This document shows, piece by piece, positions 17,964-28,144 of a DNA stretch of 64,000 nt; positions within the stretch are counted from its first letter, which is position 1; the number at the start of each line of letters is the position of its first letter. The DNA comes from Gammaproteobacteria bacterium (GTDB lineage: Bacteria > Pseudomonadota > Gammaproteobacteria > CAJXQU01). The translations under genes and the position numbers were made by a program. The notes beneath the pieces were generated by a model that was not told the origin of the DNA, searched no databases, and saw only the letters and a list, made by a program, of their open reading frames with translations. Location of the stretch: contig CBDDAG010000001.1 in assembly GCA_965224825.1 (NCBI GenBank), positions 691,598 through 755,597 of the forward strand. The letters run 5' to 3'.

Positions 17964-20810
17964 TTAATTGATCAGATCAAGTTCTTTGGTGGGCAGGTTT
18001 ATTTCATAATCTTCCAGTGCAAAGATCATTCTATCAAAGGCAAAACGTACTTGAGCAACATCGTTAGGCGTGATATCGATTTCACTTGCCTGATGTTTAT
18101 GGATCAATTTTTCAGCGATTGCGTGCATGGCTTCGTGATCATGCTCAAGTGATTCCAGCCAACTGTCTTCAAAAAGACGTTCTTTTTTAGCACGCTTAAT
18201 CCATGCGCCATGATGACATTTTGTATGACTAAGATATGCCCATTCTTTTGATCCCGATTCCTGAGCCTCTTTGAGTTTGCGGTTGAATTTTTCCCACCAG
18301 TAAAAAGTAGTTAATTTAACCAGAGCAATTTTATTTTCCTTGATCGACAGTTTTGTCTTTGAATGATCCAGCCATTCCTGGTTAGGAACATAATCAGCTA
18401 ACCATTCTGGTAGATCATCCGCCGGCATAGGACGGGCAATGCCATAACCCTGAGCATTCTCACAACCCATTAGTAACAGCATCAGTCCGTGTTTAGTTGT
18501 TTCAACACCTTCGGCAATAACGTCACGATTAAACGCGTCTGCCAGGCCAATCAAACCATCAATAATAGAAAAATCATTTGGATCGTCCAGCATGTCTCTG
18601 ACGAAACTTTGGTCTACCTTGATCGTATTGGCATTTAAGTTTCTTAAATGCGTCAAAGAAGAATAGCCCGTACCAAAATCATCCAGAGCAATATGAACAC
18701 CGAGATCTTGCTGACAAGTTTTGATGATCTTGCTGATCGTTTGCAGATCGCCCAACGCACTGCTTTCCAGTATTTCAAGTTGGAAAGATTGAGAATCAAC
18801 ATCAGGGTGGCGAGCTAAGGCTTTTTCCAGATTGTGTACAAAAGGAGAAGATTGCAGATGGAAAGATGAAATGTTCACGCTGATTTCAAGATTGATACGT
18901 TGTTGGTTCCAGATGTTGAGTTGAGTTAATGCATGCTCGATAACCCAGCCGCCAATTTTTATTTCCAGTTCTGTGCCTTCAATAACCGGTAAAAAATCCA
19001 ACGGTGGAATGAGGCCTTTCTCCGGATGAATCCAGCGAATTAATGCTTCAGCACCAAACACATCGCCTGTTCTCATGTTCACTTTTGGTTGGTAGTACAA
19101 CTGAAATTCATCACGTTTCAGAGCCAGATCAATTTCCTGTAATTGAATTTGTTGTTGAATAATTTTCTGATCATCTGAAGCATCAAACAGGTGAAAGGTA
19201 TTTCTGCCCACCAGTTTTGATTGATACATCGCCTGATCTGCATGGCGAAGGAGCGTATCCAGATCAGAGTTATCAATAGGGTATAAAGTAGTACCGCTCG
19301 ATGCACTAATCAGATGAGACTGTCCGTCGATAATATAGGGTTGAGCTAGTGAGTTATGAATGCGTTTTAATAATTGTATGCATTGTGAGCTTGACCCGAG
19401 ATCTGAAAGAAGAATGGCAAATTCATCACCACCCTGGCGAGAGACCGTGTCTTCTTCTCGAAGAGAAGCCTGTATACGTTTCGCTACTTTAAGAAGAATC
19501 TTATCACCAATGTCGTGTCCGAAATTATCGTTGATCGGTTTAAAATGATCCAGATCGAGGAAGCAAACGGCAAGCAATGTGTTGGTACGTTTACTGTGAG
19601 CAATGGCATGATTAAAACGATCCCTGAATAAGGTACGATTTGGCAAATTAGTGAGTGGATCGTAGTGCGCAATCTGCTCTAACTCCTGTTGGTGCTCTTT
19701 TTGTTGATCAATAACGTTGTTCAATCGATTACTGACAGATTGAATAGCCCAGAAAAGTAGTGCTTCAATGATTAGAAATGCCGCCAGTGCATAGCAAAGA
19801 CTGGCCAGAAGATCGCTGTTGAAAGCAGCATACATCTCTGTGACATCCTGCCAGATGACAACTTTCCCCGCATCAATCTGATTGCCATCTGTACTGCCAA
19901 GATAGTCTCTCATAGTCTGAGTTGCATACAGATAGCTGCGATCATCCATCGATATTATTTTCACATCAATGTCGGAGTCGCCAGCTTCAGGATGATGATG
20001 ATCAGTTTTTAAAACGGCCAACTGTTTAACCTGCTCGCTGGTGGTTTGATCAATATACAAACCATCAATAAGTGGTGATTTTTCGATCATCTCTTTTAAA
20101 ATATCGGGCCAGACACTTTGCTGTAAATGCGCTTCGGAAAGTAAAACTGCTGCATTGACATCAAACTCAGAGAGTAAGTTGTCGAGAACCAGCGAGAATG
20201 ATGCGCCAGCCTCAACCGTACCTACATGCTCTAAAACACCAGCATCGTTTAAAACAGAAACAGGGCTGGTTCCACGGATGCCAGAATAAACTCGTCCGGT
20301 TTCAAACCCGGTGAGTGCACGTTGGTATTTGTTGGTGTCGACAATTGTGTGTCGAACCATATCCATATTGTCGCCAAATTTATGTGGTTTATGCACACGT
20401 AAGAAAGAAGTTGATCCCGGCCCAAGATGAAATTGAAGAACTCGGGTTTTGGACATCTCACGTAATTCTTCCCAACTGGTCGATACCGCGTCGTATAGTT
20501 CTTCTCTAGCATTGTTAGCCGCTTCACCACCAGCGCCACCGCCTTCATTTTCAACGGCCTGTTTTCCTTTGAAGAATAATTCTTGATATTTCGGCGTATG
20601 CGCAAAGATATTGGCAATTTGCAGCATTTTTTCTTGTGTTGCCTGATAGGAAATATTGAAGGCTGAAAAATGCCCTTTCGCGATTTCTTGTTCTTCAGTG
20701 TGCAAACGTTCTTTTAACTGGAAATAAGAGATCGCATAGAAAATACTCGCGGTCAGCGCGAGCAGCAGTGATAGCATCAAAAAGAGACGATTTTTTTGTA
20801 GAAAAGACAT
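17964..20810 (-). CDS. sensor diguanylate cyclase/phosphodiesterase with an N-terminal periplasmic sensor domain, GGDEF, EAL and a C-terminal CZB-like zinc-binding domain
   Basis: Two TM segments flank a ~300-aa periplasmic domain (possibly Cache-type; contains FHLGPGSTSFLRVHKPHKFGD). The GGDEF site is intact (RQGGDEFAIL). The EAL site is intact (EALIRW, DDFGTGYSS). The C-terminus carries CHHGAW and a His cluster (HDHEAMHAIAEKLIHKH). Confidence 0.8.
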   Translation of the reverse strand: MSFLQKNRLFLMLSLLLALTASIFYAISYFQLKERLHTEEQEIAKGHFSAFNISYQATQEKMLQIANIFAHTPKYQELFFKGKQAVENEGGGAGGEAANNAREELYDAVSTSWEELREMSKTRVLQFHLGPGSTSFLRVHKPHKFGDNMDMVRHTIVDTNKYQRALTGFETGRVYSGIRGTSPVSVLNDAGVLEHVGTVEAGASFSLVLDNLLSEFDVNAAVLLSEAHLQQSVWPDILKEMIEKSPLIDGLYIDQTTSEQVKQLAVLKTDHHHPEAGDSDIDVKIISMDDRSYLYATQTMRDYLGSTDGNQIDAGKVVIWQDVTEMYAAFNSDLLASLCYALAAFLIIEALLFWAIQSVSNRLNNVIDQQKEHQQELEQIAHYDPLTNLPNRTLFRDRFNHAIAHSKRTNTLLAVCFLDLDHFKPINDNFGHDIGDKILLKVAKRIQASLREEDTVSRQGGDEFAILLSDLGSSSQCIQLLKRIHNSLAQPYIIDGQSHLISASSGTTLYPIDNSDLDTLLRHADQAMYQSKLVGRNTFHLFDASDDQKIIQQQIQLQEIDLALKRDEFQLYYQPKVNMRTGDVFGAEALIRWIHPEKGLIPPLDFLPVIEGTELEIKIGGWVIEHALTQLNIWNQQRINLEISVNISSFHLQSSPFVHNLEKALARHPDVDSQSFQLEILESSALGDLQTISKIIKTCQQDLGVHIALDDFGTGYSSLTHLRNLNANTIKVDQSFVRDMLDDPNDFSIIDGLIGLADAFNRDVIAEGVETTKHGLMLLLMGCENAQGYGIARPMPADDLPEWLADYVPNQEWLDHSKTKLSIKENKIALVKLTTFYWWEKFNRKLKEAQESGSKEWAYLSHTKCHHGAWIKRAKKERLFEDSWLESLEHDHEAMHAIAEKLIHKHQASEIDITPNDVAQVRFAFDRMIFALEDYEINLPTKELDLIN

Positions 20811-20886
20811 TAGTGTTCAAGCTCCCAACTTGTGTAATGTAAATATCGGCAGGAGTTGATTTTTCATTAACTTTATTTAGATTGTA

Positions 20887-21198
20887 CTAGGCACTGTTTT
20901 CTTCACGCCACCTGTGGATGGCTTCCAGTATTTCTTCTGAAGATTCATTTGAAATCTTGCGCTCTTTATATTTTGATTGACTTATTTTGGCAATCGGTGC
21001 GGAACTGTTGATGACATTCGCGAGTTTTCCCAGAAATGATCGACCTACTTTTTTATAGTCTGACATTTCCTCAGCAGAAAGAAACATCATAAAATCGTAA
21101 CTCACAAAACTGTATTCACAATTCACATCCAGGATCAGACGTTCATTTTCATCTTCAAATAAATACCAGAACCGAGGTTCGTGATCGATGACTCTCAT
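20887..21198 (-). CDS. hypothetical protein (103 aa)
   Basis: An ORF with a plausible intergenic context. I recognise no family. Confidence 0.3.
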   Translation of the reverse strand: MRVIDHEPRFWYLFEDENERLILDVNCEYSFVSYDFMMFLSAEEMSDYKKVGRSFLGKLANVINSSAPIAKISQSKYKERKISNESSEEILEAIHRWREENSA

Positions 21199-21302
21199 TT
21201 GTTGAAACCCCTTTTAATCGCTAAAAGGTTTGATAGTGCCTAAGCTGCTACAATAAAATTAACGTAATTTGATCAAAATGCAAACTTAAGGATCTGACAC
21301 AA

Positions 21303-22463
21303 GTGAAATCATTTATTATTTTTTTAATACTGACAGCTTTTATGGTTTCTGGCTGGGTCTGGCTGGAGGAAAATCGTCCGGAAGTGCAGGCGGAGTTACG
21401 GGAAATTCCAGCGACACGAGTTGAGATCACAAAGGTTGCCAGAGAAGATATTTTACCGTTGACAAAAATTACTGGCCGACTGGTTCCTGTGCGACGAACG
21501 AAATTACGTTTTGAAGTTTCCGGGCAGGTGATGGATCGGTTGGTAGAGCCGGGTCAAAAGGTTAATACCGGTGCAGAGTTGATCCGTATTGATACCGGTG
21601 ATTTTGAAGATGTGCAGACGGAAATGCAGATCCAGCTTGATCAGGAGAAACTGATGATCGAACGTGATCATAAATTGCTGAATCTGGCGAATCGTCAAAC
21701 CAATTTGTTGCGACGAGAAGTAAACCGACTGGAAAAACTCAGGAAACAATCTCTGATCGCACAAACAAAAATCGACGAAATAAACCGGCAATATTTAAGT
21801 AAGCGATCAGAACAGGCGCAGTTACAGCATAGTGTGCAAACCGCCGAAAGCCGATTAAAAATGCGTGAGGTTGCTGTGCATAAAGCGCAACGAAATATGC
21901 AACGCACAGTTTTGAAAGCTCCGGTGAATGCCACGATTAATTCCATTGATGTATCGGTGGGCGATTATGTTTCACCGGGACAGGCGGTGATTGAACTGGT
22001 TCAGCTCGATGAGCTTGAGCTTCGTGTAGATGCGTCAGGAAAAGATGTAGCGGCTTTGAAACTGAACCAGCCTGTGGACGTGATCATCGATGGCAAAAAA
22101 TACGCAGGCAAGCTTTCTTCATTTCAATATGATCCTGATCCAGTGACACATACTCATGCCTTAAAAATTCGTCTTGATGGTGAAGGGCTGTTTCCCGGTC
22201 AGCTAGGCGAAGTACAGCTCACAGGTCAGGCGATGAAAGGTGTATTAGTTGTCCCGATCACGGCTGTGTTAAGAGAAGGTGGTGAGAACTATTTGTTCAA
22301 ACTTGATCAGAATAATAATGAGAATCATGTCAGCAGAGTTGTCATTGCAGTAGAAGGACGAAATGAAGACCAGTTAATAATTTCCGGAGTGGAAGCCAGT
22401 GATCAGATCGTTGCACGAGATGTCTCGTCGCTGGAAGATGGACAAAAAGTGGTTGTAGAATAA
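21303..22463 (+). CDS. RND efflux periplasmic adaptor (membrane fusion protein, HlyD/AcrA family)
   Basis: GTG start, N-terminal TM anchor, coiled-coil hairpin, and a beta-barrel/MP domain. It is coupled to the downstream RND pump. Confidence 0.8.
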   Translation: MKSFIIFLILTAFMVSGWVWLEENRPEVQAELREIPATRVEITKVAREDILPLTKITGRLVPVRRTKLRFEVSGQVMDRLVEPGQKVNTGAELIRIDTGDFEDVQTEMQIQLDQEKLMIERDHKLLNLANRQTNLLRREVNRLEKLRKQSLIAQTKIDEINRQYLSKRSEQAQLQHSVQTAESRLKMREVAVHKAQRNMQRTVLKAPVNATINSIDVSVGDYVSPGQAVIELVQLDELELRVDASGKDVAALKLNQPVDVIIDGKKYAGKLSSFQYDPDPVTHTHALKIRLDGEGLFPGQLGEVQLTGQAMKGVLVVPITAVLREGGENYLFKLDQNNNENHVSRVVIAVEGRNEDQLIISGVEASDQIVARDVSSLEDGQKVVVE

Positions 22464-25400
22464 ATGGGATTAATCCGCTATTCGATTCGCAATCCGCTGA
22501 TCATCAATCTCAGCCTGTTGCTGATCATCATCATGGGTGTTCTATCCTGGCGTTTATTGCCGCAGGAAATGTTCCCGGTCTTTGATCTCGATAAAGTCAA
22601 GATCTCAACCGAATTTCAGGGAGCTTCTCCAGAAGAAGTTGAGGCCCAGGTCTCACTGGTGATTGAAGAGGAATTTGATGGCATGTCGGATATTGATGTC
22701 ATGACATCCACCAGTCGCGAAGGGCATTCCGAGATCAACATCAAACTCAAGCAGGGTACGGATGTAGACGATTTTATTCGCGAGGCCCAAACTTCGCTGG
22801 ATCGTATTACTGATCTACCCGATACCGCAGAGCGACCAGAAATGATGCGCCTGAAAGCACGTTTTCCGGTGATCACAATGACGCTTTATGGTGAAGTTGG
22901 AAAATCGTATATGTACGATCTGGCGGAGGATGTTAAACGCCAGTTGATGCAGATCCCCGGTATTGCCAACGTCGGTGTAGCGGGTGATCGGGAATGGGAA
23001 ATCTGGGTCGAGGTTGATCCGCATCGTTTGTCTGCACTGGGTATTTCACTGAACACGATCATCAAAGCTCTTCGACAGAATATGGTCGATCAACCGGGCG
23101 GTTCGATTCGATCCAGCGAAGGCGATATTCTGCTGCGTGGTAAAGGTGCTGATCCTGATCCGGACACCATGGCAGGTATTGTATTACGCACCAATGCAAC
23201 GGGCGGCAGTTTGAAGTTAGGCGATGTCGCCAAAATCTCTCGTCGTTTTGAAGAAGCTGAAACATTAGCACGGTATAACGGCAAACCAACTGTCAACCTT
23301 ACCGTCACAAAAACCGCAGAGGCTTCCAGTATCTGGTTGTCAGAACAGGTTCACGAACTGGTAGATGAACTTGAAAAAACACTGCCATCTTCGATCAAGA
23401 TTGGATTGCATACCGACACTTCTGTTTATCTGAAAACACGTCTTAATACGGTCAAATCATCAGGTCTTGTGGGCCTTGTTTTAGTACTGATCTCTCTTTA
23501 TGTATTTTTGAATTTCCGAGTTGCCGCGATCACCGCATTGGGAATTCCGGTTTCCTTTTTACTTGCCATTATTTTGATGTTTGTCTTTGGTTATACGATC
23601 AACATGGTCTCCCTGTTTGCTTTTCTGATCGCGCTGGGAATGATCGTCGATGATGCAATTATCGTAACGGAAAATGTTTATCGGCATATGGAGTTGGGTG
23701 AACCTCCCGAGTCTGCAGCAGAGGTTGGGGCGAAAGAGGTTTTCTGGCCGGTGATGGCATCGACGGCTACGACTATCGCAGCATTTTCACCAATGCTGGC
23801 TGTTACTGGCGAGATGGGAGAGTTCATAAAAATTATTCCCTTTGTGGTTTGTGCGGCATTGCTTGGATCATTATGGGAAGCGTTTACAGTTTTGCCAGCG
23901 CATGCGGCACAGTTTCTTCATGTGAAGAAAAATGTTGATCAACAATCTGGCTGGAATAAGTGGCGTAAGTTTTATCGCAGGTTCATGAGGTGGTGTCTAC
24001 GGCATAAACTTCTGATCTGTGCTTTCGTGATTGGACTGCTGGCAGTGAGTGTGAAATATGCAGAAACACGTTTGCCTTATGAACAATTTGGAGATGTCGA
24101 AATTGGCCAGTTTTTTGTTAATGTTGAAGCTCCAATTACTTCTTCTCTGGAAGACAGCGAAGAGCTGGCGATGCGTGTCGAAAAAGAAGTGCTGGCCGTG
24201 ATGCAGGAGAATGAACTGGCTTCCATGCTGACCAATGTCGGGATCAGTTTTATGGATTTCAGTCACATGAGTTTTGGCAGTAACCTGATTCAGTTGGTTA
24301 TTGACCTTGAGCAACCGGAGCCGAAAGGTTTTATTGAAAATTGGATATCGCCGATAGTGAGTTTGAATTTTGATCCGCAAGGTCAGCGAGAAAGATCCAC
24401 CGATGAAATCATCAAGGATGTTCGAAAAGCTGTGGAAAGAATTTCGGGTGTTAAGCACATGAGCATTCTCAGGACGCAGGGTGGGCCGGCGGGAATGGAT
24501 CTGGAAGTTGGGATTGTCGGCAAGGATATTGAGAAATTGACGACGCTGGCAGATGAGCTAAAAAGCTACATAAAAAGAATGCCCGGCGTGCATGATGTTC
24601 AGCAGGATCTGGAAGAAGGAAAACTAGAATATCAGTACGAGTTGAATGATCGTGGGCGTTTGCTGGGGCTGACACAATCACAACTGGCTGATGTGGTTCG
24701 CAGCGGATTTCTTGGCCGTGAAGTTGTGCATGTGACGTGGAAAGAAAAACGCTTGCCGGTACGCGTGATCTTTCCTAAAGAAATGCGCGAGCGATCAGAA
24801 AGCCTGCTTAACTTACCGATTGTGCTTGCTGATGGTCGTAGTGTTTATTTTCATGAAGTGGCTGATTTTCATGTGGGTCGCGGTGTCACCAGTATTCGCC
24901 GCCGGGATTCGCAACGACTGGTGACGATCTCTGCGGATGTAGATTCTCATGTTATGACGCCCATAGAAGTGAGTCAGAGAATTGAGAAAAAGTTTTCTAA
25001 ATATGTTTCAGATCAAGGGTTGGAATTAATATTTCTAGGCCAGAAACATGAGACGGATGAATCAATGAAGGGAATGAAGTCTGCGGGAATTATTGCATTG
25101 GCAGTGATCTTTTTTATTCTGGCGGCTTTGTTTAATTCAATTTTTGATCCGTTGATCGTGATGTTTGTCATTCCTTTCGGATTTATTGGTGTCGTGATCG
25201 GGCATGCATTGTTTGGATATAACCTGCAGTTTTTATCAATGGTTGGTTTTCTTGCGCTGTCAGGAATTGTTGTTAATGACTCATTAATCCTGGTGGATTT
25301 TATTAACAAACTACGTGCGCGTGGTGTTGCGATCGAGGAAGCTGTTTTGCAGGCGGGAGAAGTGCGATCACGTCCAATCATTTTGACTTCGATCACAACG

Positions 25401-25598
25401 TTCCTGGGTGTTTCTCCGTTGATCTTTTTTGCCACAGGTCAGACTAAATTCCTGGCACCGATGGCGGTGAGTCTTGGTTTTGGTTTGCTTTTTACCACGG
25501 TTGTGATTTTGGTGGCTTTACCCTGTTTCTATCTGATCTTTCATAATATGGGTATATTCATCGGGAATATTTTTTCTCGAGGAAAAGTATCAGAATAA
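22464..25598 (+). CDS. RND efflux transporter permease (AcrB/AcrD/MexB family)
   Basis: 1044 aa with 12 TM helices and two large periplasmic loops. The start is adjacent to the MFP stop. Confidence 0.9.
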   Translation: MGLIRYSIRNPLIINLSLLLIIIMGVLSWRLLPQEMFPVFDLDKVKISTEFQGASPEEVEAQVSLVIEEEFDGMSDIDVMTSTSREGHSEINIKLKQGTDVDDFIREAQTSLDRITDLPDTAERPEMMRLKARFPVITMTLYGEVGKSYMYDLAEDVKRQLMQIPGIANVGVAGDREWEIWVEVDPHRLSALGISLNTIIKALRQNMVDQPGGSIRSSEGDILLRGKGADPDPDTMAGIVLRTNATGGSLKLGDVAKISRRFEEAETLARYNGKPTVNLTVTKTAEASSIWLSEQVHELVDELEKTLPSSIKIGLHTDTSVYLKTRLNTVKSSGLVGLVLVLISLYVFLNFRVAAITALGIPVSFLLAIILMFVFGYTINMVSLFAFLIALGMIVDDAIIVTENVYRHMELGEPPESAAEVGAKEVFWPVMASTATTIAAFSPMLAVTGEMGEFIKIIPFVVCAALLGSLWEAFTVLPAHAAQFLHVKKNVDQQSGWNKWRKFYRRFMRWCLRHKLLICAFVIGLLAVSVKYAETRLPYEQFGDVEIGQFFVNVEAPITSSLEDSEELAMRVEKEVLAVMQENELASMLTNVGISFMDFSHMSFGSNLIQLVIDLEQPEPKGFIENWISPIVSLNFDPQGQRERSTDEIIKDVRKAVERISGVKHMSILRTQGGPAGMDLEVGIVGKDIEKLTTLADELKSYIKRMPGVHDVQQDLEEGKLEYQYELNDRGRLLGLTQSQLADVVRSGFLGREVVHVTWKEKRLPVRVIFPKEMRERSESLLNLPIVLADGRSVYFHEVADFHVGRGVTSIRRRDSQRLVTISADVDSHVMTPIEVSQRIEKKFSKYVSDQGLELIFLGQKHETDESMKGMKSAGIIALAVIFFILAALFNSIFDPLIVMFVIPFGFIGVVIGHALFGYNLQFLSMVGFLALSGIVVNDSLILVDFINKLRARGVAIEEAVLQAGEVRSRPIILTSITTFLGVSPLIFFATGQTKFLAPMAVSLGFGLLFTTVVILVALPCFYLIFHNMGIFIGNIFSRGKVSE

Positions 25599-25625
25599 AA
25601 TAATCGATCAAAAACTACAGGCAAT

Positions 25626-25658
25626 AAAAAAGCCCGATAATAAATTATCGGGCTTTCC
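25626..25658. terminator. bidirectional rho-independent terminator between the RND pump and cspA
   Basis: aaaaagcccgataataaattatcgggcttt hairpin flanked by A/T runs. Confidence 0.5.
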
Positions 25659-25693
25659 TTCAAGCAATCTTGAAGTTGTTAGTTAATCTAAGA

Positions 25694-25897
25694 TTAACCT
25701 TTTACAACGTTACTAGCTTGTGGGCCTTTAGGTCCATCTTCAACGTCATAAGTTACTTCTTCGCCTTCAGCAAGGCTTTTGAAGCCATCACCCTGGATTG
25801 CAGAGAAATGTACGAATACATCAGTGCTGCCATCAGTAGGAGAAATAAAGCCGAAGCCTTTAGAGTCGTTAAACCATTTAATTGTACCAGTAGCCAT
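25694..25897 (-). CDS. cspA: cold-shock protein CspA family
   Basis: [18 protein letters not shown]...VFVHFSAIQ contains RNP1/RNP2 motifs, 67 aa. Confidence 0.92.
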   Translation of the reverse strand: MATGTIKWFNDSKGFGFISPTDGSTDVFVHFSAIQGDGFKSLAEGEEVTYDVEDGPKGPQASNVVKG

Positions 25898-26077
25898 GTA
25901 GCATACCTCTTTTTAAAACTAAAAAAACTCAACTGCCATTGAGGTAATACACAGGAGGTGCCTTCTGGTAACTTCTGAATCTTATTACAAACAACTAGCA
26001 ATCAAACAAATATCAGAAAGTTGTCACTGCAACTTGTGGAGTGGAAAAACCTTCCGATCCTTGTATTGTAGTCCTAA

Positions 26078-26118
26078 ATCAAAAAAAATCAAATAACCCT
26101 TGTAATTAGGGTTATTAA
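26078..26118 (-). terminator. rho-independent terminator downstream of the acyltransferase gene
   Basis: On the minus strand, a 9-bp stem (aataaccct ... agggttatt) is followed by a U-run (plus-strand aaaaaaaa at 26083-26090). Confidence 0.45.
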
Positions 26119-26152
26119 GAAATAATCAATTACATGGTGAAATGCCTGTTTT

Positions 26153-28078
26153 TTATTGAATGGCTGACCGAAATTGCGGTAAGGCAATAATACTTTGTCC
26201 GAATTTCTTTTCTCCTGCCCATGACCAGTGGCTTTCATCAAAATATAAAAGTTCTTCATTCTCGCTGATAACTTTGCATCGTTTATCTTCAATATCACAA
26301 ACTAGATCGTGAAGATTAATAAAGACATGATCGCGTGTCTGGCTAACTTCATTTAGTTTTTTGGCTATTTCAATATACTCATCTGATCGTGTTTCAAAAC
26401 TTACCGTTTCGAGTTCCTTGCTTGGGCCGAGTTTGTAAGTTGCTTTTAACAGGAAAGGGAATTCTGCTTTATTACCAAGGATCAGGATGTTTGCCTGACT
26501 GTTTTTTTCCAGAAACTCAAGCCCATTTTCAACACCATCCAGATAGCGAAGTGCCCAACGATTTGAGATCAAAATCATATCGGCTTTCTGAAGTTTTCCT
26601 GAGCCTAGCAATTCATCACGCTCATGCTGACAAGTTGAAGCGCGGCCAAGTAATTTATCGCGGAATAGTGGTTGGGCAAGATTAAGGAAGCATCGATCAT
26701 CAAACCGTTGCCAGGCAATTTGAGTGTTTGGCAAAGACTCAATATTGGATGTTAGCGCATTGAATATGTCTTCTGAGTGTGAATCGCCAATGACCAGGAT
26801 GTTCTTAGTTTGATTAGAGTCAAAAACTGTCTGGTGCAATGAGTCAAAATTATTCACGCTTCGAAATTCCATTTCCTCGTTGTTATGAAGAAGCGTTTCG
26901 ATATCGGTATTATTTATACGAAATTTCCAACCATCATTCGCATAAATATGTGATGCCGGGATGATGATCGCCAGGGCAAGCATGGCGCAAGTCAAACCAA
27001 ATTTGGCAGGCTTCCAACCATTCGGTTTCTTGTAACCATGTCGAAAAGGTGTTTCAACCAGAGCGTAAAGAACATAAGACAAGATGATGGATATGGCTAC
27101 AAGTCCCCACTTCTCAGTTTGCGTGATCGGAGCCAAACGAGTGAAAGCGTAGAACACGATCAACGGCCAGTGTACGAGATAGAGTGAATAGCTGATCAGA
27201 CCAATAAAAACTGAAACAGGATTAGAAAGAAGTTTTCCTACGATCGGAGCAGTACCAGCATAGATCACCAATGCTGCACCGATACAGGGAATCAATGAGA
27301 TCAATCCTGGCCAGGGTGTATTTTGGTCGAGCGCAAAAACTGACCATGCTATTAGTGCCAGCCCAATTACGAGCAGCGCTTCTTTGAGCCAGTTTGATCG
27401 AAGCTCAACATCAACAACCCAGACCATCAATGCACCGATCGCCAGCTCAAATATTCTGAAGCCGGTAAAAAAGAAAAGTGCTCTCAGATCAGCAAAGATC
27501 TCTGCCAGAACCAGACTGATAATTGCAACAATGATCAGCACCAAAGGAACAGTCCAGCGAGGAAATCTTGTTGCCAGAAATACCAGACATATCGGCCAGA
27601 TCAGATAAAATTGTTCTTCAACACTTAGTGACCAGGTGTGAAGTAACGGCTTGAGCTCACTGACAGCTTCAAAATAATTTACTTCACTCATGAAGTAGAA
27701 GTTTGAGATTGATGTCAGTGCGTAAATAGCAGCACCGGCAAATCGCTGGAGATACTCCGGAGGGAATATGATCAGGCCGGCGATCAGCGTCGAGGCAACG
27801 ACAACTAACAAGGTTGGAAATAAACGTCGAACTCGTCGGATGTAGAAAGTGGAAAAAGAAAACGTACCTTTATCAACTTGGTTAATGATCAGACGTGTAA
27901 TCAGAAAACCGCTGATAACAAAGAAAACATCGACACCGACGAAGCCACCAGCAAACAGATCAAATCTCGCGTGATAAAACAACACACTCAATACAGCGAC
28001 CGCTCTAAGGCCATCTATATCTGGTCGGTAGCGCGAATCTGCTGCTGTGGAAGGCAGAGCCTTACCCGTGTTTTCCAT
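26153..28078 (-). CDS. acyltransferase family 3 (OafA/YrhL-type O-acyltransferase) with a C-terminal SGNH-like domain
   Basis: 641 aa. The N-terminal ~350 aa has 10-11 TM helices and the AT3 signature (DGLRAVAVLSVLFYH). The C-terminal soluble domain contains GDSHS. Confidence 0.8.
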   Translation of the reverse strand: MENTGKALPSTAADSRYRPDIDGLRAVAVLSVLFYHARFDLFAGGFVGVDVFFVISGFLITRLIINQVDKGTFSFSTFYIRRVRRLFPTLLVVVASTLIAGLIIFPPEYLQRFAGAAIYALTSISNFYFMSEVNYFEAVSELKPLLHTWSLSVEEQFYLIWPICLVFLATRFPRWTVPLVLIIVAIISLVLAEIFADLRALFFFTGFRIFELAIGALMVWVVDVELRSNWLKEALLVIGLALIAWSVFALDQNTPWPGLISLIPCIGAALVIYAGTAPIVGKLLSNPVSVFIGLISYSLYLVHWPLIVFYAFTRLAPITQTEKWGLVAISIILSYVLYALVETPFRHGYKKPNGWKPAKFGLTCAMLALAIIIPASHIYANDGWKFRINNTDIETLLHNNEEMEFRSVNNFDSLHQTVFDSNQTKNILVIGDSHSEDIFNALTSNIESLPNTQIAWQRFDDRCFLNLAQPLFRDKLLGRASTCQHERDELLGSGKLQKADMILISNRWALRYLDGVENGLEFLEKNSQANILILGNKAEFPFLLKATYKLGPSKELETVSFETRSDEYIEIAKKLNEVSQTRDHVFINLHDLVCDIEDKRCKVISENEELLYFDESHWSWAGEKKFGQSIIALPQFRSAIQ

Positions 28079-28144
28079 TTCAAATCCCTTTTTTATTATT
28101 CTTGATGAATTACAGGGATATATTACCTCAGGTTTATTCTCCGG

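Noticed and set aside
26089-26298. 69-aa ORF overlapping the 3' end of the acyltransferase gene
   Set aside because: It is wholly overlapped by a well-supported CDS and terminator.
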